A stretch of DNA of 64,000 bases, taken from positions 86,490,001-86,554,000 of the forward strand of contig OX597817.1 in the NCBI GenBank assembly GCA_951406725.2, written 5' to 3'. Shown here piece by piece: positions 12,238 to 25,850 of the stretch. This DNA comes from Octopus vulgaris. Lineage: Eukaryota. The notes under the pieces were generated by a model. That model was not told the origin of the DNA. It made no database searches and saw only the letters and a program-made list of their open reading frames with translations. The translations under genes and the position numbers were made by a program. Each line of letters starts with the position of its first letter. Positions within the stretch are counted from its first letter, which is position 1.

Positions 12238-12292
<55 letters not shown>

Positions 12293-12295
<3 letters not shown>

Positions 12296-12572
12296 AAAAG
12301 AAAATGACGATATAGCATTTAATAAAAATTTGTTATCAGCAAAAATCCAACTTATTCTCAAGAGAATATGATGGATTTTTGCAAATAATAAGTTTTTATT
12401 AAATGCTATATCGCCATTTTCTTAATTTTCTTTTGAATGATTATAAACCATGATTTATATATAGACCTATTATTTTATGAATATTATTATTCGCAACAAT
12501 ATTAGGTAATGAACCAGTAATTCATTGGATATTACTATCTCTTAATGAGGCTAATTTAACCTCTAACTGAAT
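12293..12572 (+). mobile_element. (TA)n-embedded fold-back element: hairpin centred near 12360 plus a 3' tail
   Basis: gaaaatgacgatatagcatttaataaaa..ttattctc AA gagaata..ttttattaaatgctatatcgccattttc; tail motifs ttattcgcaa and gat..tatctctt are shared with the 22985-23320 element. Confidence 0.7.
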
Positions 12573-12614
12573 ATATATATATATTTTGTGTAAGGAACCT
12601 CCCCCTTTCTCTCT

Positions 12615-12855
12615 GCGCAGGAAAAACCATTATAGTATCTATAAAAAGGGCAGAGTAAGAAGGCAACGCATCTATGACAAATGGTGAAGTGTATCGGTAA
12701 CTTCACAGCAGTCAGTCGAGTAGAATTCATTTGGATGTGCTCCATATTGTTCGTGTATGAAACAACGACCCTCCCAACAGCTGGAGCAGTATTCCAGTAC
12801 TGAGCTTTCGAAGAGAATCGTGAAATATTCGGAGCTGAAACACCTTCCGATCTTA
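12615..12855 (-). pseudogene. CR1/Jockey-like LINE RT C-terminal fragment
   Basis: Minus-strand frames give SVLEYCSSCW and CHRCVAFLLCPFYRYYNGFS, matching the LEYCS.VW and HRR.VA.L.LFYRYY motifs of such RTs. Confidence 0.6.
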
Positions 12856-14186
12856 AAGAATATTAATTAAGGAATAATAATTTATGGGAAGAAATTTGTA
12901 CATCAACCCCCAGAAATCATGGTGTGCATAAATCGCATCTACTTTAGGCAGGTCCACAAAGATTTCAAATCTCAGAAGGCTCAAATGTTCTGTAGAGTTC
13001 TGCTATACCTCTGTTAACTTTGAACGCGTCACATATATTGAAGATGATAGCCGACTCCAAGTGAAGAACATTCTCGAGTACCTAAACTGATAAACAACAA
13101 TAACAACTTGGTGAAAAGGACGCTTTCAGTTGTATTCGTCTGTCTGCTAACAAACAACACTTCATTTAATTTCGATACAGACATAGATACTGAAGTCTCT
13201 AGACGGACATTTTCTTTGAGGTAAACATTTCACAGAAGTATTATACATACAGAAAATAATGTATAAATTCTAAAACATTTAATTATAACGTAGGAATAGA
13301 CATGAATTGAACATCAAGAGCCAAAACTCAGTTTCTGGTGAAAGGTGACAGGTATGACAAAGACTGCAAACGAAAAGAAAATTCAATAAACTCAAAGACG
13401 ACTACAAAAACATGTAGAAAGTAATATTTCTTAGAATAACAACTATTATTACGAAAAGAGAGAGAGAGACTATTATTACGAGAGGAGAGGGAGAACGAGA
13501 GAGAAATATTAAAATATGTGACATTCAAAGACAAGATGTAGTTGTACAGTAAATAATAACCTTCATAACATTAAACTAAGAGGAAGAATATAGAAATGAA
13601 TTCGATAGCATGCGTGGGCGTGTGTGTATGTATATGTGTATGTATGTTCGTGTCTGTATTGTGTTTGTGTGTATGTTTGACGAATAAAAATAACGCCAAT
13701 ATAAAAGTAATAATACAAGAATGATATCACTGAAAAGACCAAGTAGCTGCTAATACGTTGGAGTAGAACACTATGAAGGGGAGACTGCTTTCTGTCGTAA
13801 GCACGTATATAGTCATTAAACGTGTCTCTCACTTACATTCAATGTTTTTTTTTTTTTCTCTCGTTAGCTTGTCTTGAGTCTCACGCTCCACCATTGCGCT
13901 GAGCTATCATAATTGCACAGCTCCTCTATTTCGAACCAATTTTGCTACATACAACAAATGTGGACTTACAACTCGATATTATTATTGTTATTGTTGTTGT
14001 TATTAAGTACTGGGCAAAATGCTTAGCGGCATTTTCGTCCGTCTTCACGTTCTGCGTTCATATTCCGCCGAGGTTACCTTTGCCTTTCATCCCTTCGGGA
14101 TCGATGAAATAAGTATCTGTCAAGCACTGGAGTAATCGACTTACTCCTCCCGCAAAATTTCAAGCCTTATGCCTATTTTAGAAAGG

Positions 14187-14265
<79 letters not shown>

Positions 14266-14323
14266 TTACTGCTTGGAATCGAACTCGGAATCTTCTATAA
14301 TAATAATAATAATAATAATAATA

Positions 14324-14497
14324 ACATCGTAAAATACCTTAGGAATGAGAATCCAGGTTCGAAATTTACCCCAAAGCACCTGATGAAGGCTGGAGAGTAT
14401 ATAAGCCGAAAAGTTGTGTTAACAACAAACAAGATGAGGACAAATATCCGTCAAATGTAAATAATGTACATAATTCTTCATCTCTTAAATATAGAAC
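14324..14497 (+). mobile_element. Short Penelope-LTR-like repeat carrying a minimal hammerhead motif
   Basis: CTGATGA a ggct-ggagagtatata-agcc GAAA agttg at about 14380-14416; follows a (TAA)n tract. Confidence 0.55.
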
Positions 14498-15497
14498 AGG
14501 AGCAATCACATTACTCGTTGACTGGTTTGAAATAATGACAGGACGGCGAGCTGGCATAGTGGTTAGCACGCCAGGCAAAATACTTAATGACATTTCGTCC
14601 ACTTCACATTGTGAGTTCGAATTCCACCGAGGTTGACTTTGCTTTTATCCTTTAGGGGTCGATAAAATAAGTACCAGTTGAACACTGGATAGAATGTAAT
14701 CGACTTGTCCCGCCCACCCGAACAATTTGCAGATTTTCCCATTTGGAGTCAGTTGCTTAAAAGCTATATACACGCTTAAAAGCCGCCCTATCGTGCGTTA
14801 GTTGCTTAAGAGCTACATACTAGCTTATTAGGCAGCAACCTTCTTACCCACACGATCACGGATTATTGCTGATTTTCAGGAACCAATTTATAATTATCTC
14901 TATTTTCAGATATTTTTTCTTTAATTAGATAAATTTTTCTTTCATTTTCGCAATACGTCGCTATACTTAGGGATTGATACTCCAAAATGGCGGCACTTTC
15001 TTGCCTGATGGCCAACGTCTGATCTATTTCTCTCGATTCCTCTTTCCTTATGTCCTGAGAAATCTCTTAATATTGTTGTTTTGTCATTCTTTGGGACATA
15101 CGCAGTCTACCGGATGCGTGGTTATCTAATTTCTTAAACTTTAGGGAAATAAGAGCTACAAAATATCCCTGGAGAGAACGCTAGTCTATGTTAGGCAATA
15201 ATTCCTGCAGAAAGAAGCAATTCCCTTATCACTATTTCGAAAAAATGATTCAGTGTATGTTTCACTGATGAATATATTAATAGAGCTATAATATATTTGT
15301 GCTTCACAGGCTCGGGCAAACTATCCAAATTGATATTTGCGGTTTTAGTTTGACTTGTTAATGGTGCATGAATCCATGTACATACATTACATTACATAGG
15401 CATACATCAGCATTACCCTTCCATACACCCCTACATACAAGCATACATACATGCATGCATACACACACACACACACATACACAGAAACAGAGGGGAA

Positions 15498-15498
15498 G

Positions 15499-15553
<55 letters not shown>

Positions 15554-15588
15554 TAGACAAACAGATATATGGATTAGACAGACAGATT

Positions 15589-15663
<75 letters not shown>

Positions 15664-15675
15664 TGACAGACTGAC

Positions 15676-15754
<79 letters not shown>

Positions 15755-15793
15755 CAGATAGACAAACAGATATATGGATTAGACAGACATATT

Positions 15794-15831
<38 letters not shown>

Positions 15832-15840
15832 TAGACAGAC

Positions 15841-15919
<79 letters not shown>

Positions 15920-15920
15920 C
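15498..15920. repeat. Compound (GATA)n/(GACA)n microsatellite with an internal higher-order duplication
   Basis: Non-repetitive spacer agacaaacagatatatggattagacagaca occurs twice, near 15555 and 15760. Confidence 0.9.
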
Positions 15921-16552
15921 ATACATACATATCTACACACATACATACATGCATAAACTCATACACACAGGGATACACACACGTACGCAGAAAGAGAGAG
16001 TGAAAAATCTCAGGTGCATAGGACTATATTTTTCCTCGGCACACATAAAACTGAAATGCTATATTAAAAATAGACACCAAGATGTACATCCATTCATTTA
16101 TAACCAATCTCCAAAATGCCTGGGCTTGATGACACTATTCTTATTACGCTGTAGCTGTGTAACTCTGCCTGTTGCATTTATAGTTGTTTTACGGTTCTTC
16201 TGTTTATTCTTGCCTTGATGGAAAAATACTTCTATTTCCATTTGTTTGCATATCATTTTAAGCTACATATAAATGTCAGTGTGTACACACGACCTCTCTA
16301 TATTTTCTCTCTGCCTTTCTCTTTAATATGTGTGTGTATGAGTGTGTGTAAATGTATGTAAGTGTGTGTGTGGTGGGGTGTATCATTCTCTTCCTCTGTC
16401 ATTATCCTCAAAGCCCTTGCTACGTATCTTTTTCACTTTGCATCATCTCTCAATTTTCTCATTCATATACACACTAACATGTTATATTCACAGATGTATG
16501 TATCTGTTAACAGTGTATCTATATTCATCAAATTTCAGGTCTTCTGTATGAT

Positions 16553-16625
<73 letters not shown>

Positions 16626-17045
16626 TCTACATATATGCATACACAAATACATATATATATATAGAGAGAGAGACGTATATTTGTATATATGTAACTGTCT
16701 ACACATGCGTGCCTACGTATATATGTACTTAGATATACATATATATTACTATATTTGCATACATACACATGTGCATTTGTATGCATACATTTTTAATAAA
16801 TGTATGGATGTGCATGTACACACACAATATACGCATATATAATCGCGCGCGCACACACACACACACGCACACATGCATACATATATATATATATATATAA
16901 TGCCACTTCATTTGTTTTTTCGCAAATGTAGTCTCTCATTTATACAACCTTCTCTTTCATTTAAAGTAACATACATTCTCTGTCTCCACATCTCTTTCTA
17001 CTCTATACACTCACTCTCACTCTCTCTCTCTCTCTCTCTCTCGTC

Positions 17046-17090
<45 letters not shown>

Positions 17091-17673
17091 TACACACACT
17101 CACTTCTCATTACAAAGTACCTTTTAGCGATCAAATACGTTTGCCATTACTGTGAAACAATCTTTGTACCACGAAATATATAATTGATGGAAGAGATATA
17201 TGTTCATATAAACGTGAAACCATATAGGTTCCAGGACCAAGAAAATAAATTAGATGGGGGCCGAAACGTTCAACTGATAATTCATAACAGTATGCTTATA
17301 ATTCTTTACAGTATAATTCATTACAGAATGCTGGCTGGTCCCTTTGGTTTCTGGTTCTGGTTCTGGTTTCAAATCATGATGGTGTCATCTTTACTGTTTA
17401 TTTCATAAGAACCACGACCTAGCAACAAAAATCTATGAAAGTCGCTCAGCCTAGAGAAATAACACCCAAATCTTCCTGAAATAAAACCCATGCTCGGAGC
17501 ATGGATTTCATCCGAAGCGATCTTCGATTATAAAACAAAATCCATCATTAATCGCCTAATTTAGATCTTTTACATCTTACTTATTTCAGTCATTCAGTTT
17601 CAGCCAAGCAGCGGTTGGGGACAAACACAAACATATACATATGCATACATACATACTACATAATATATATATT

Positions 17674-17721
<48 letters not shown>

Positions 17722-17741
<20 letters not shown>

Positions 17742-17976
17742 AATGCGCCCTTTTCAAGCCTAGCCAGTCTCATGGGCTCGGTTTCCCGGTTTCTATGGCG
17801 TATGTGTTCCCCAGCTGGACGGGACGCCAGTCCATCGCAGCGTTACTCATTTTTGCCAACTGAGTGAACTGGACCAACGTAAAATGAAGTGTTTTGCTCA
17901 AGAACACAACGCGTCGCCGGGTCCAGGAAGCGAAACCACAATCTTACGATCATGATGCTAAGCCACGCGCCTTCAC
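17722..17976 (-). mobile_element. tRNA-derived CORE-like SINE (family C variant)
   Basis: Minus strand starts gtgaaggcgcgtggcttag, has B-box-like ggtttcgcttcc and gtgttcttgagcaaaacacttcat; related copy at 56706-56935. Confidence 0.75.
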
Positions 17977-17986
17977 TATATATATA

Positions 17987-18368
17987 CTAGCAGTATCGCC
18001 CGGCGTTGCTCAGGTTTGTAAGGGAAATAACTATAAAGCATTTTTAGAGAGTTATAGCCAAAAAATAGCAAAAAAATGGAAAAAAAATGATGGTAAATTT
18101 TTTTGAGAGTTAAAACAGGTGGAGTTGCGTCCCCTAGACGGTCTGTGGTTTGGGTTTCTCATTCTCGACCCCATGTCGAATTTATCGATTTTTTTCAGAA
18201 CTGGGGGAACTTTTCAAAATTTTCGCTGCGTTAGTTTTGAATTATGACATTGGGCTATGTGTGTGTCAAGTTTCATCAGAATCGGTTGAAAGCCGTGGTC
18301 AGAGTGAGGGTACGAGAAAACAGACACACAGAAACACGCACAGACAAACTGCCGTTTATATAGAGAGA
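17987..18368 (-). mobile_element. Non-autonomous Helitron
   Basis: Minus strand begins TC(TCTATATAAACGGCAGTTTGTCTGT) and ends CTAG, with a GC-rich subterminal hairpin cctgagcaacgccggg; inserted between A and T with no TSD. Confidence 0.75.
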
Positions 18369-18380
18369 TATATATATATA

Positions 18381-18760
18381 GGCGCAGAAGTGGCTGTGTG
18401 GTAAGTGACTGCGTGGCATCTTGGGCAAGTGTCTTCTGCTATAGCCCCGGGCCGACCAATGCCTTGTGAGTGGATTTGGTAGACGGAAACTGAAAGAAGC
18501 CTGTCGTATATATGTATATATATATATATGTATGTGTGTGTGTTTGTGTGTTTGTGTTTGTCCCCCTAGCATTGCCTGACAACCGATGCTGGTGTGTTTA
18601 CGTCCCCGTCACTTAGCGGTTCGGCAAAAGAGACCGATATAATAAGTACTGGGCTTACAAAGAATAAGTTCCGGGGTCGATTTGCCTGACTAAAGGCGGT
18701 GCTCCAGCATGGCCGCAGTCAAATGACTGAAACAAGTAAAAGAGTAAAGAGTAAAAGAGA
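18381..18760 (+). mobile_element. tRNA-derived SINE, family A
   Basis: Head ggcgcagaagtggctgtgtggtaag, internal TA/TG tract, tail gactgaaacaagtaaaagag. Other copies at about 8560-8760(-), 20430-20592(-), 22399-22560, 23360-23563, 24075-24528(-), 27503-27890(-), 30899-31345, 46064-46460, 49610-50058, 50805-50995, 52590-52785(-), 54486-54632(-), 58455-58835(-) and 61977-62345. Confidence 0.85.
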
Positions 18761-18782
18761 GTATATATATATATATATATAT

Positions 18783-19530
18783 AGTATTAATTAATAGGAA
18801 ATGGATTTTGTATTAGACCTTTATTAGGTGCAACATTTGTTTCGTCCCATCAGTCCGGATCTCTTCAAGTACATTGATAAAGATGTCTCACAAGAGATTT
18901 ATAGTGTCGGCTTGCTTATTGTTATATGCCGATCGAGTTAGGAAATGAATGAAAGCAAATGTATATGCACGAACATAAAACTACTTGACTAGGTATTAAT
19001 CTTCCTTTCTCCTTCTACTTTCTTTTTCCTCTAAGCAGTTATGACAGCGAAGGCTGATAAGGTCATTTTATCTAAAATGGAACGCAAGTTTTCCACGTTC
19101 ATATTTGAATATTCTGCGTTTCTATAATATTGTTTGCTTTTATTCATTCCCTAACTTGATCAGTGTATAACAAGCCAGCTGACACTAAAAATTTCCAGTG
19201 AGACGTCTTTATCAATGTACATGAAGAGACCCAGACTGATGGGCAGAAACATATGTTGTTCCTAATAAAGTCTAATAGGAAATCCTTCTCCTATTAATAT
19301 TATTACCCTAACTGCCACTGCGGAGTTCCAGGAGTAGATTCAACGGAAGTGTACCACAACTGCCTTTCTGGTTAAAAAGTACCTAGAATCATAACGTCAA
19401 CAAAATATCGGAGTTACCAACAACGCTATGGAACAAAATGTTGGAAATTTAAAGATTAAAGAAACCATTCTTATTAAAGAATAAAAATCCAGCCTTAACA
19501 AAAGACCTGATTTATGCGATGATCATTGAC
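18783..19530 (+). mobile_element. Penelope-like element remnant: inverted hammerhead-bearing LTR arms plus a GIY-YIG endonuclease C-terminal fragment
   Basis: About 18787-18960 is inverted at about 19133-19298; each arm has (T/A)TGAAGA-stem-GAAAC A(T/A)AT GTT followed by AATAAA; 19449-19499 encodes LKIKETILIKE*KSSLN, similar to the L.I.E.L.I...P.LN end of Penelope endonucleases. Confidence 0.65.
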
Positions 19531-20171
19531 TGATTACCACTCAAAATCTGTGCTTATCACAAGCCCCTTTTCCTATTTCTCCATATCTCTGTGAAGATTA
19601 GAGGTAAACCTAGTTTCCAGTTTTTCTAGGTGAGAAATTGTTTATCAGCCAAAATATTGTCACCCAATGACTTATAAACCTTTAGCAATCTCTCGGATAT
19701 TTTAGCTATGGTATAAGGAAGGTGTGATGTGCGGGCTGAGTTGCACTGAACCTCAATGAGTGATATGCTAGAAGCCAAGTGAAAGAGTTTAAATTTAGAA
19801 ATTTCCAAGGAGTGGACGAAGTTTGGTGAAAGATGAAAATACATGATGGACGCTGCATACGTACTTATGTAAATACATAGATACATGCATACACACACAC
19901 ACACACACACCAATACACATATATAACTTTTAAACGCTGAGGAAAAGAGGGGAAATTGGGTTTGAGGAAAACGTATCATTAAGGAAAGAGGGGTCGATAA
20001 GTTGACAGAAGTTGATCACATGCAGCGTTTATGCTGTCCATCATAAAAAAGAAAACTCATACGCATATACATACGCATACATAAACATACAGAGACACAC
20101 ACATACATACATATATATACACATAGGCACACACACAAATGTCTACTATATTATGGAGTGTGTGTCCGTGT

Positions 20172-20202
<31 letters not shown>

Positions 20203-20372
20203 GCATCTTATAACTGTCTACCTGTCAGTCGGAACGGAACAAGGTCGTAAGTCGAGAAGGTGTACTTCAAATGAATTACACAATACTAACATGCGTGTGT
20301 GTATATGCATGAATATACAAAAACCTATATAAACATACATACACACATATATACATACATAAGTACACATAT

Positions 20373-20431
<59 letters not shown>

Positions 20432-20633
20432 ACGGGCTTCTATCAGTTTCTGTCTACCAAATCCACTCAAAAGGCTTTGGTCGACCCGAGGCTATAGTTG
20501 AAGGCACCCGACCAAGGTGCCATGCAGTAGGACTGAACCCAGAACCATGTAGTTGGGAAGCAATCTTCTTATCACACAGACAAACTTGCGCCTATTGTGT
20601 GTGTGTATGTATTGACATATTCATACTTACATG

Positions 20634-20671
<38 letters not shown>

Positions 20672-20745
20672 ATATATATATATATATATATATAGATAGA
20701 TAGATAAGAAAGTTGGTTTGTGAAAGCACGTAGTTGAATATATAG

Positions 20746-21105
20746 AAAATAGTAAAAAGTGAAAAAACTACAGAAGGCTTAAAGGTTAAAAAATATATAT
20801 ATTTGCGTCAATATGTCTGAAGAATATTAAAAAATTTTTTTTTCTTTACAATGACATAATTTAGAAGAAAGACCGGTTTCGCGTTTAGCCTTTCAAATTT
20901 CTTACGACGTTATGTTTATGTTGAATAACTCTATTCAACATAAACATAACGTCGTAAGAAATTTGAAAGGCTAAACGCGAAACCGGTCTTTCTTCTAAAC
21001 TATGTCATTGTAAAGAAAAAAAAAAAATTTTTTATATTCTTCAGACATATTGACGCAAATATATATATTTTTTAACCTTTAAGCCTTCTGTAGTTTTTTT
21101 TTTAC

Positions 21106-21112
<7 letters not shown>
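20746..21112. repeat. Near-perfect long palindrome, arms about 180 bp, 4-nt loop (actc, 20928-20931)
   Basis: ...gacgttatgtttatgttgaata ACTC tattcaacataaacataacgtc... extending outward to aaaatagtaaaaa / ttttactatttt; abuts (TA)n. Confidence 0.92.
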
Positions 21113-21163
<51 letters not shown>

Positions 21164-21365
21164 AAGTAAAATTGGAAAGTACTGCACGAGTGAAAATGTA
21201 TAGGGAAGAGGATTTGAAAATGCAGAGGTCTTTTAAAGATGTTTATTGACTTGACTGGTTTCACATTTTTTAAAGAAGAATTTTCAAAAGTAAAGTGCAA
21301 GGTTTTGTGTAGCCTTTGTAGTTGTTAAAAATTAGTTAACATAGATGTATTAAGATACAGTGATA

Positions 21366-21408
<43 letters not shown>

Positions 21409-21723
21409 CGTGTGCGTGTGTGTGAATAATAACGGAAACCAGTTAGTGGGATATCGAATACTTTTAATGATACGGACATTTCAAGTAGTTGCTTAACAAG
21501 TGCTTCTTCAGCTATCCACTTTCTTCGCACAATCACTTGAAACGGACGTGTCGTTAAATGTATGTGAACTAGGATTCTGTCGTTATTAAAATATCATGGG
21601 ATTCATAATTCTGATGGTTTTATCTATTTTTGCATGGGCAATATAAGTATTCAGTAATACTTGTATAGTGGTATGTCAATCTAAACAGTGAATAACGTGT
21701 ATTACATTAAAACATACTGCTAA

Positions 21724-21770
<47 letters not shown>

Positions 21771-22602
21771 TTTTGTTTAGGCATTGCGAGACCAATAACC
21801 CGACGTAGAATTCAATATACGTATATTTTAGAACGAATCGTTGGCTGAGTATAGAACGGTAAAAAGAAACAAGAGATGACAAAGGAATAAACGATTTTTG
21901 AAGAGGAGGATATGGACACCCAGAACATGGAAAACAAGACCCGTCAAAGGGCGGAGGAACTCGTAAGAGTCAATAGCCATCCAGTAGTGTGTCTATAGAA
22001 GAGTTACCCTCAATGACGAAAAATTCCCCGAGCCTGGGTCACAGAGAAGTCACGGGGAGCAGCATAGCGAATGTGAAGTTATGCATCTTGATCTTCATTC
22101 GGTGAAACTACACGACAGAGTCAGAGCCTCTTCAGCCGACTGTCAGTCAAGGGTCAACTAATCTTATTAGAGGTTTACTGGATTATCCATTCAGCCTCCG
22201 CCATAGTGGTTAGTCAACCCCTGTACCTAGTAACGTTACTAGTTATGCGTTTCTATCTCCTCCTTTACCTACCTATCTTCATGTATTAATTTATTTTAAT
22301 TCATTTTTAATTTATTTTTCATTCATCTTCATTTTATTTATATTTCAGTATATTTTAAATATATAATTTAATTTGATATATATATATATATATATATAGG
22401 CGCAGTAGTGGCTGTGTGTTAAGAAGTTTGCTTCCCACCACATGATTCTGAGTTCAATCCCACTGCGTGACATCTTGGGCAAGTATCTTCTATTATAGCC
22501 TCGGACTGACCAAAGCCTTGTGAGTGGATTTGGTAGATGGAAACTGAAAGAAGACTGTCATACACAAACACACACACACATATAAATATATATATCTATA
22601 TA

Positions 22603-22898
22603 TCACCGTGACCGACCAGGCTATCAGATGTTGCTACACACTGCTGGTCACAATGCGCTTCGCATTGTTTTAGCCTTCAAATGACGCCACCCCGCTGGCT
22701 AAGCGAGCAGGCCAACAGAAGAAAGAGTGAGAGAAAGTCGTGGCGAAAGAGTACTGCAGGAATCGCCACTACTCCCTGCTGGAGATCGTGGAGCTTTAGG
22801 TGTTTTCACTCAATAAACACCCACAACGCCCGGTCTGGGAATCGAAACCGCGATCCTACGACCGCGAGTCCACTGCCCTGACCACTGGGCCATTGCAC

Positions 22899-22900
<2 letters not shown>
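22603..22900 (-). mobile_element. tRNA(Arg)-like-headed SINE
   Basis: Minus strand ggtgcaatggcccagtggtcagggcagtggactcgcgg..ggtttcgattcccag: A box, TCG at the anticodon position, B box, then a non-tRNA body. Confidence 0.75.
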
Positions 22901-22984
<84 letters not shown>

Positions 22985-22987
<3 letters not shown>

Positions 22988-23320
22988 AGATAATGGTATC
23001 ATTGAGACCCAAAGGTGTCAGGTAATGCTGAATAAGTGCTATAGACAGACCATAGTTAAGTTCCAGATTCGGTAATATTGCGAATAAAAGGTTCAACGTT
23101 GGTTCTATGTCACCGTATATATATATGAATTTTTAGCGTAATGAGATACAAAAACTAAGGCTGTATAGATATTAGAGCATTTATAGATAGAAGGTCTTAC
23201 AGCTGTTTCTAGAATATTAATTGATAATATTAATTAATATTCTAGAAACAGCTGTAAGACCTTCTATCTATATATGCTCTAATATCTATACAGCCTTGGT
23301 TTTTTTATCTCATTACGCAA
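22985..23320 (-). mobile_element. (TA)n-embedded fold-back element with half-hammerhead GAAAC AGCT GTA next to the fold
   Basis: 23136-23222 is inverted at about 23232-23319; unpaired tail 22985-23135; (TA)n on both sides. Confidence 0.75.
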
Positions 23321-23635
23321 TATATATATATATATATATATATATGCATGTATGTATTTATGTATTTGTGTGCCTGTGTTTATCAACCCATCATCGCTTG
23401 ACAACTGATGTTGGTGTATTTACGTCCCGCAACTTAGCGGTCAGGCAAAAGAAACTGATATAATAAGTACTAGAATAAACCCTGGGATCGATTTGCTTGA
23501 CTAAAGATGGTGCTCCGGCATGGCCGCACTCAAATGACTGAAACATGGTAAAACAATAAAAGAATACACACACACACACACATACATACTTATATATATA
23601 TATAATATATATATGTATATATATATATATATATA

Positions 23636-23698
<63 letters not shown>

Positions 23699-24261
23699 TA
23701 TCCATTTGCTTTTATCCATTCCTTAACTTGATCGGCATATAACAATAAGCAAGCCGACACTACAAATACGGTACATTGTTCCTGGAGACCGCTCATGAAG
23801 CGAAAACTCGTAAAACAAAGCAATAATTTCCCAAAATAGCAATGTTATAAATCGCAATTCTTTCCCAGAAAAATAGTTTACCCATAAAATTTATAAAACT
23901 CGTAAATAAATGGCAAGGAAACAACAGTAGAATGTGCAGAATATTTTATATAAGTTAAAAGAATGTCTAGATCATTAACAATAAAAATATTATTATTATA
24001 ATCGTTTTCTGAATCACTTCTAGACGTGATTCACAAGCTCTCGTAGACAGGCTTTCACCTTCTCTTTTTTTCTCTTTTTCTTGTTTCAGTCAATTGACTG
24101 CGGCCATGCTGGAGCACCGCCTTTCGTCGTGCAAATCGACCCCAGGACTTATTCTTTGTAAGCCTAGTACTTATTCTATCGGTCTCTTTTGCCGAACCGC
24201 TAAGTTACGGGGACGTAAACACAACAGCATCGGTTGTCAAGCGATGTTGGGGGAGGGACAA

Positions 24262-24358
<97 letters not shown>

Positions 24359-25669
24359 CATACATACATACATATATACGATGGGCTTCTTTCAGTTTCC
24401 GTCTACCAAATCCACTCACAAGGATTTGGTCGGTCCGAGGCTATAGTAGAAGACACTTGCCCAAGGTGCTGAACCCGGAACCATGTGGTTCGTAAGCAAG
24501 CTACTTACCGCACAGCCACTCCTACGCCTTGTAGATTTCTTTTTAAAAAAAACAAGCCTAGAGTTGTTTGCCTAGAAGAAGCATTTTTTCGCTCTCTATA
24601 AACTTCTCGGTAACACGCAGAAGCATTTGTTATGGTAGTAGAAATTTTTGTACTGCGTTCAAAGTTTGGATCTTGTGCTTTAACTTTTTGTCTATTATAA
24701 TAAAATAAAGCACGTAAACCCGAACTCTCATAAAGTGAGGTATTACTGTATACATACATACATACACGCACACGCACACACACACACATATATAATTCAT
24801 TTTTTGCCTTTTGTTTTATTCGCATACGCTCCCGAAATGATGAAAGGTAAAGCCTAGAACTTATTCTATCGATCTCTTTTGCTGAACCACTAGATTGCAG
24901 GGACATAAACACACCAGCGTTGGTTGCCAACGCTCCCGAAATGATGAAAGGTAAAGTCGACCTTGGCAGAATTTGAACTCAGAACGTGAAGACGGACGAA
25001 ATGCCGCTAAACAACATCTTTCGCGGCGTGCTAACGATTCTGCCAGCATCAATAACATTGGTTTCAAATTTTGGCAAAAGGCCAGCAACGTTGGTGGAGG
25101 GTTAAGTTGAGTACATCAACCCCAATGCTCAACTGGTACATATTTTATCGACTCCGAAAGGAAGAAAGGTAAAGTCGACCGCAACAGAATTTCCACACAA
25201 AACGTGAAGACTATCTATAATATTCGAAACTTTTAAGGCGGCGTGTCGGCAGAATCGTTAGCACACTGAGCAAAATGCTTAACGGCATTTTCTCTGCTCT
25301 GGGTTCAAATTCTGCCGGAGTCGACTTTGCCCTTCATCCATTCAGAGTCGATAAAATAAGTGCGAGCTAAGCACTGGGATCGATGTAATCGACTTAGCTC
25401 CCTCTCCTGAAATTGCTGGCTTTGTGCCAAAATTTGAAACCAATATTCAAAACAATTTGCTATATTATTTCTCGGGAAGAAATGTAATTTGATATAATAA
25501 TGTTTATCAAGCGCTTGGATAACCTTTGTATGAAATACTTATATATTCAAGCGTGTTTATCCATCCATCTCCTCCGTACGCTATTCCTGGTGTAGGGAGG
25601 GAGTTCTCAAATTCCTCTTTTATAGGTTCATGTCAGAGGTAACCGCCATTAGACTTTCTGGCTGGATTC

Positions 25670-25850
25670 CCAAGTGTAACTGAGACTATGGATATTATCC
25701 AACCATCTTGTTTTTTGTCTACCCTTAAGCTTCCTACTGGTTGACTCGGCTTCAAGAATCCATCTTGCGGTTCTTTCCCGCGAAATTTTCATCACATGCC
25801 CGTAGTACCGGAGCGGTAACCTGTTAATGCAGAGAAGTAGCGGCATGATT
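25670..25850 (-). pseudogene. RTE-clade LINE RT C-terminal fragment
   Basis: LRYYGHVMKISRERTARWILEAESTSRKLKGRQKTRWLDNI matches the L.W.GH..R...RGRP..RW.D signature. Confidence 0.75.
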
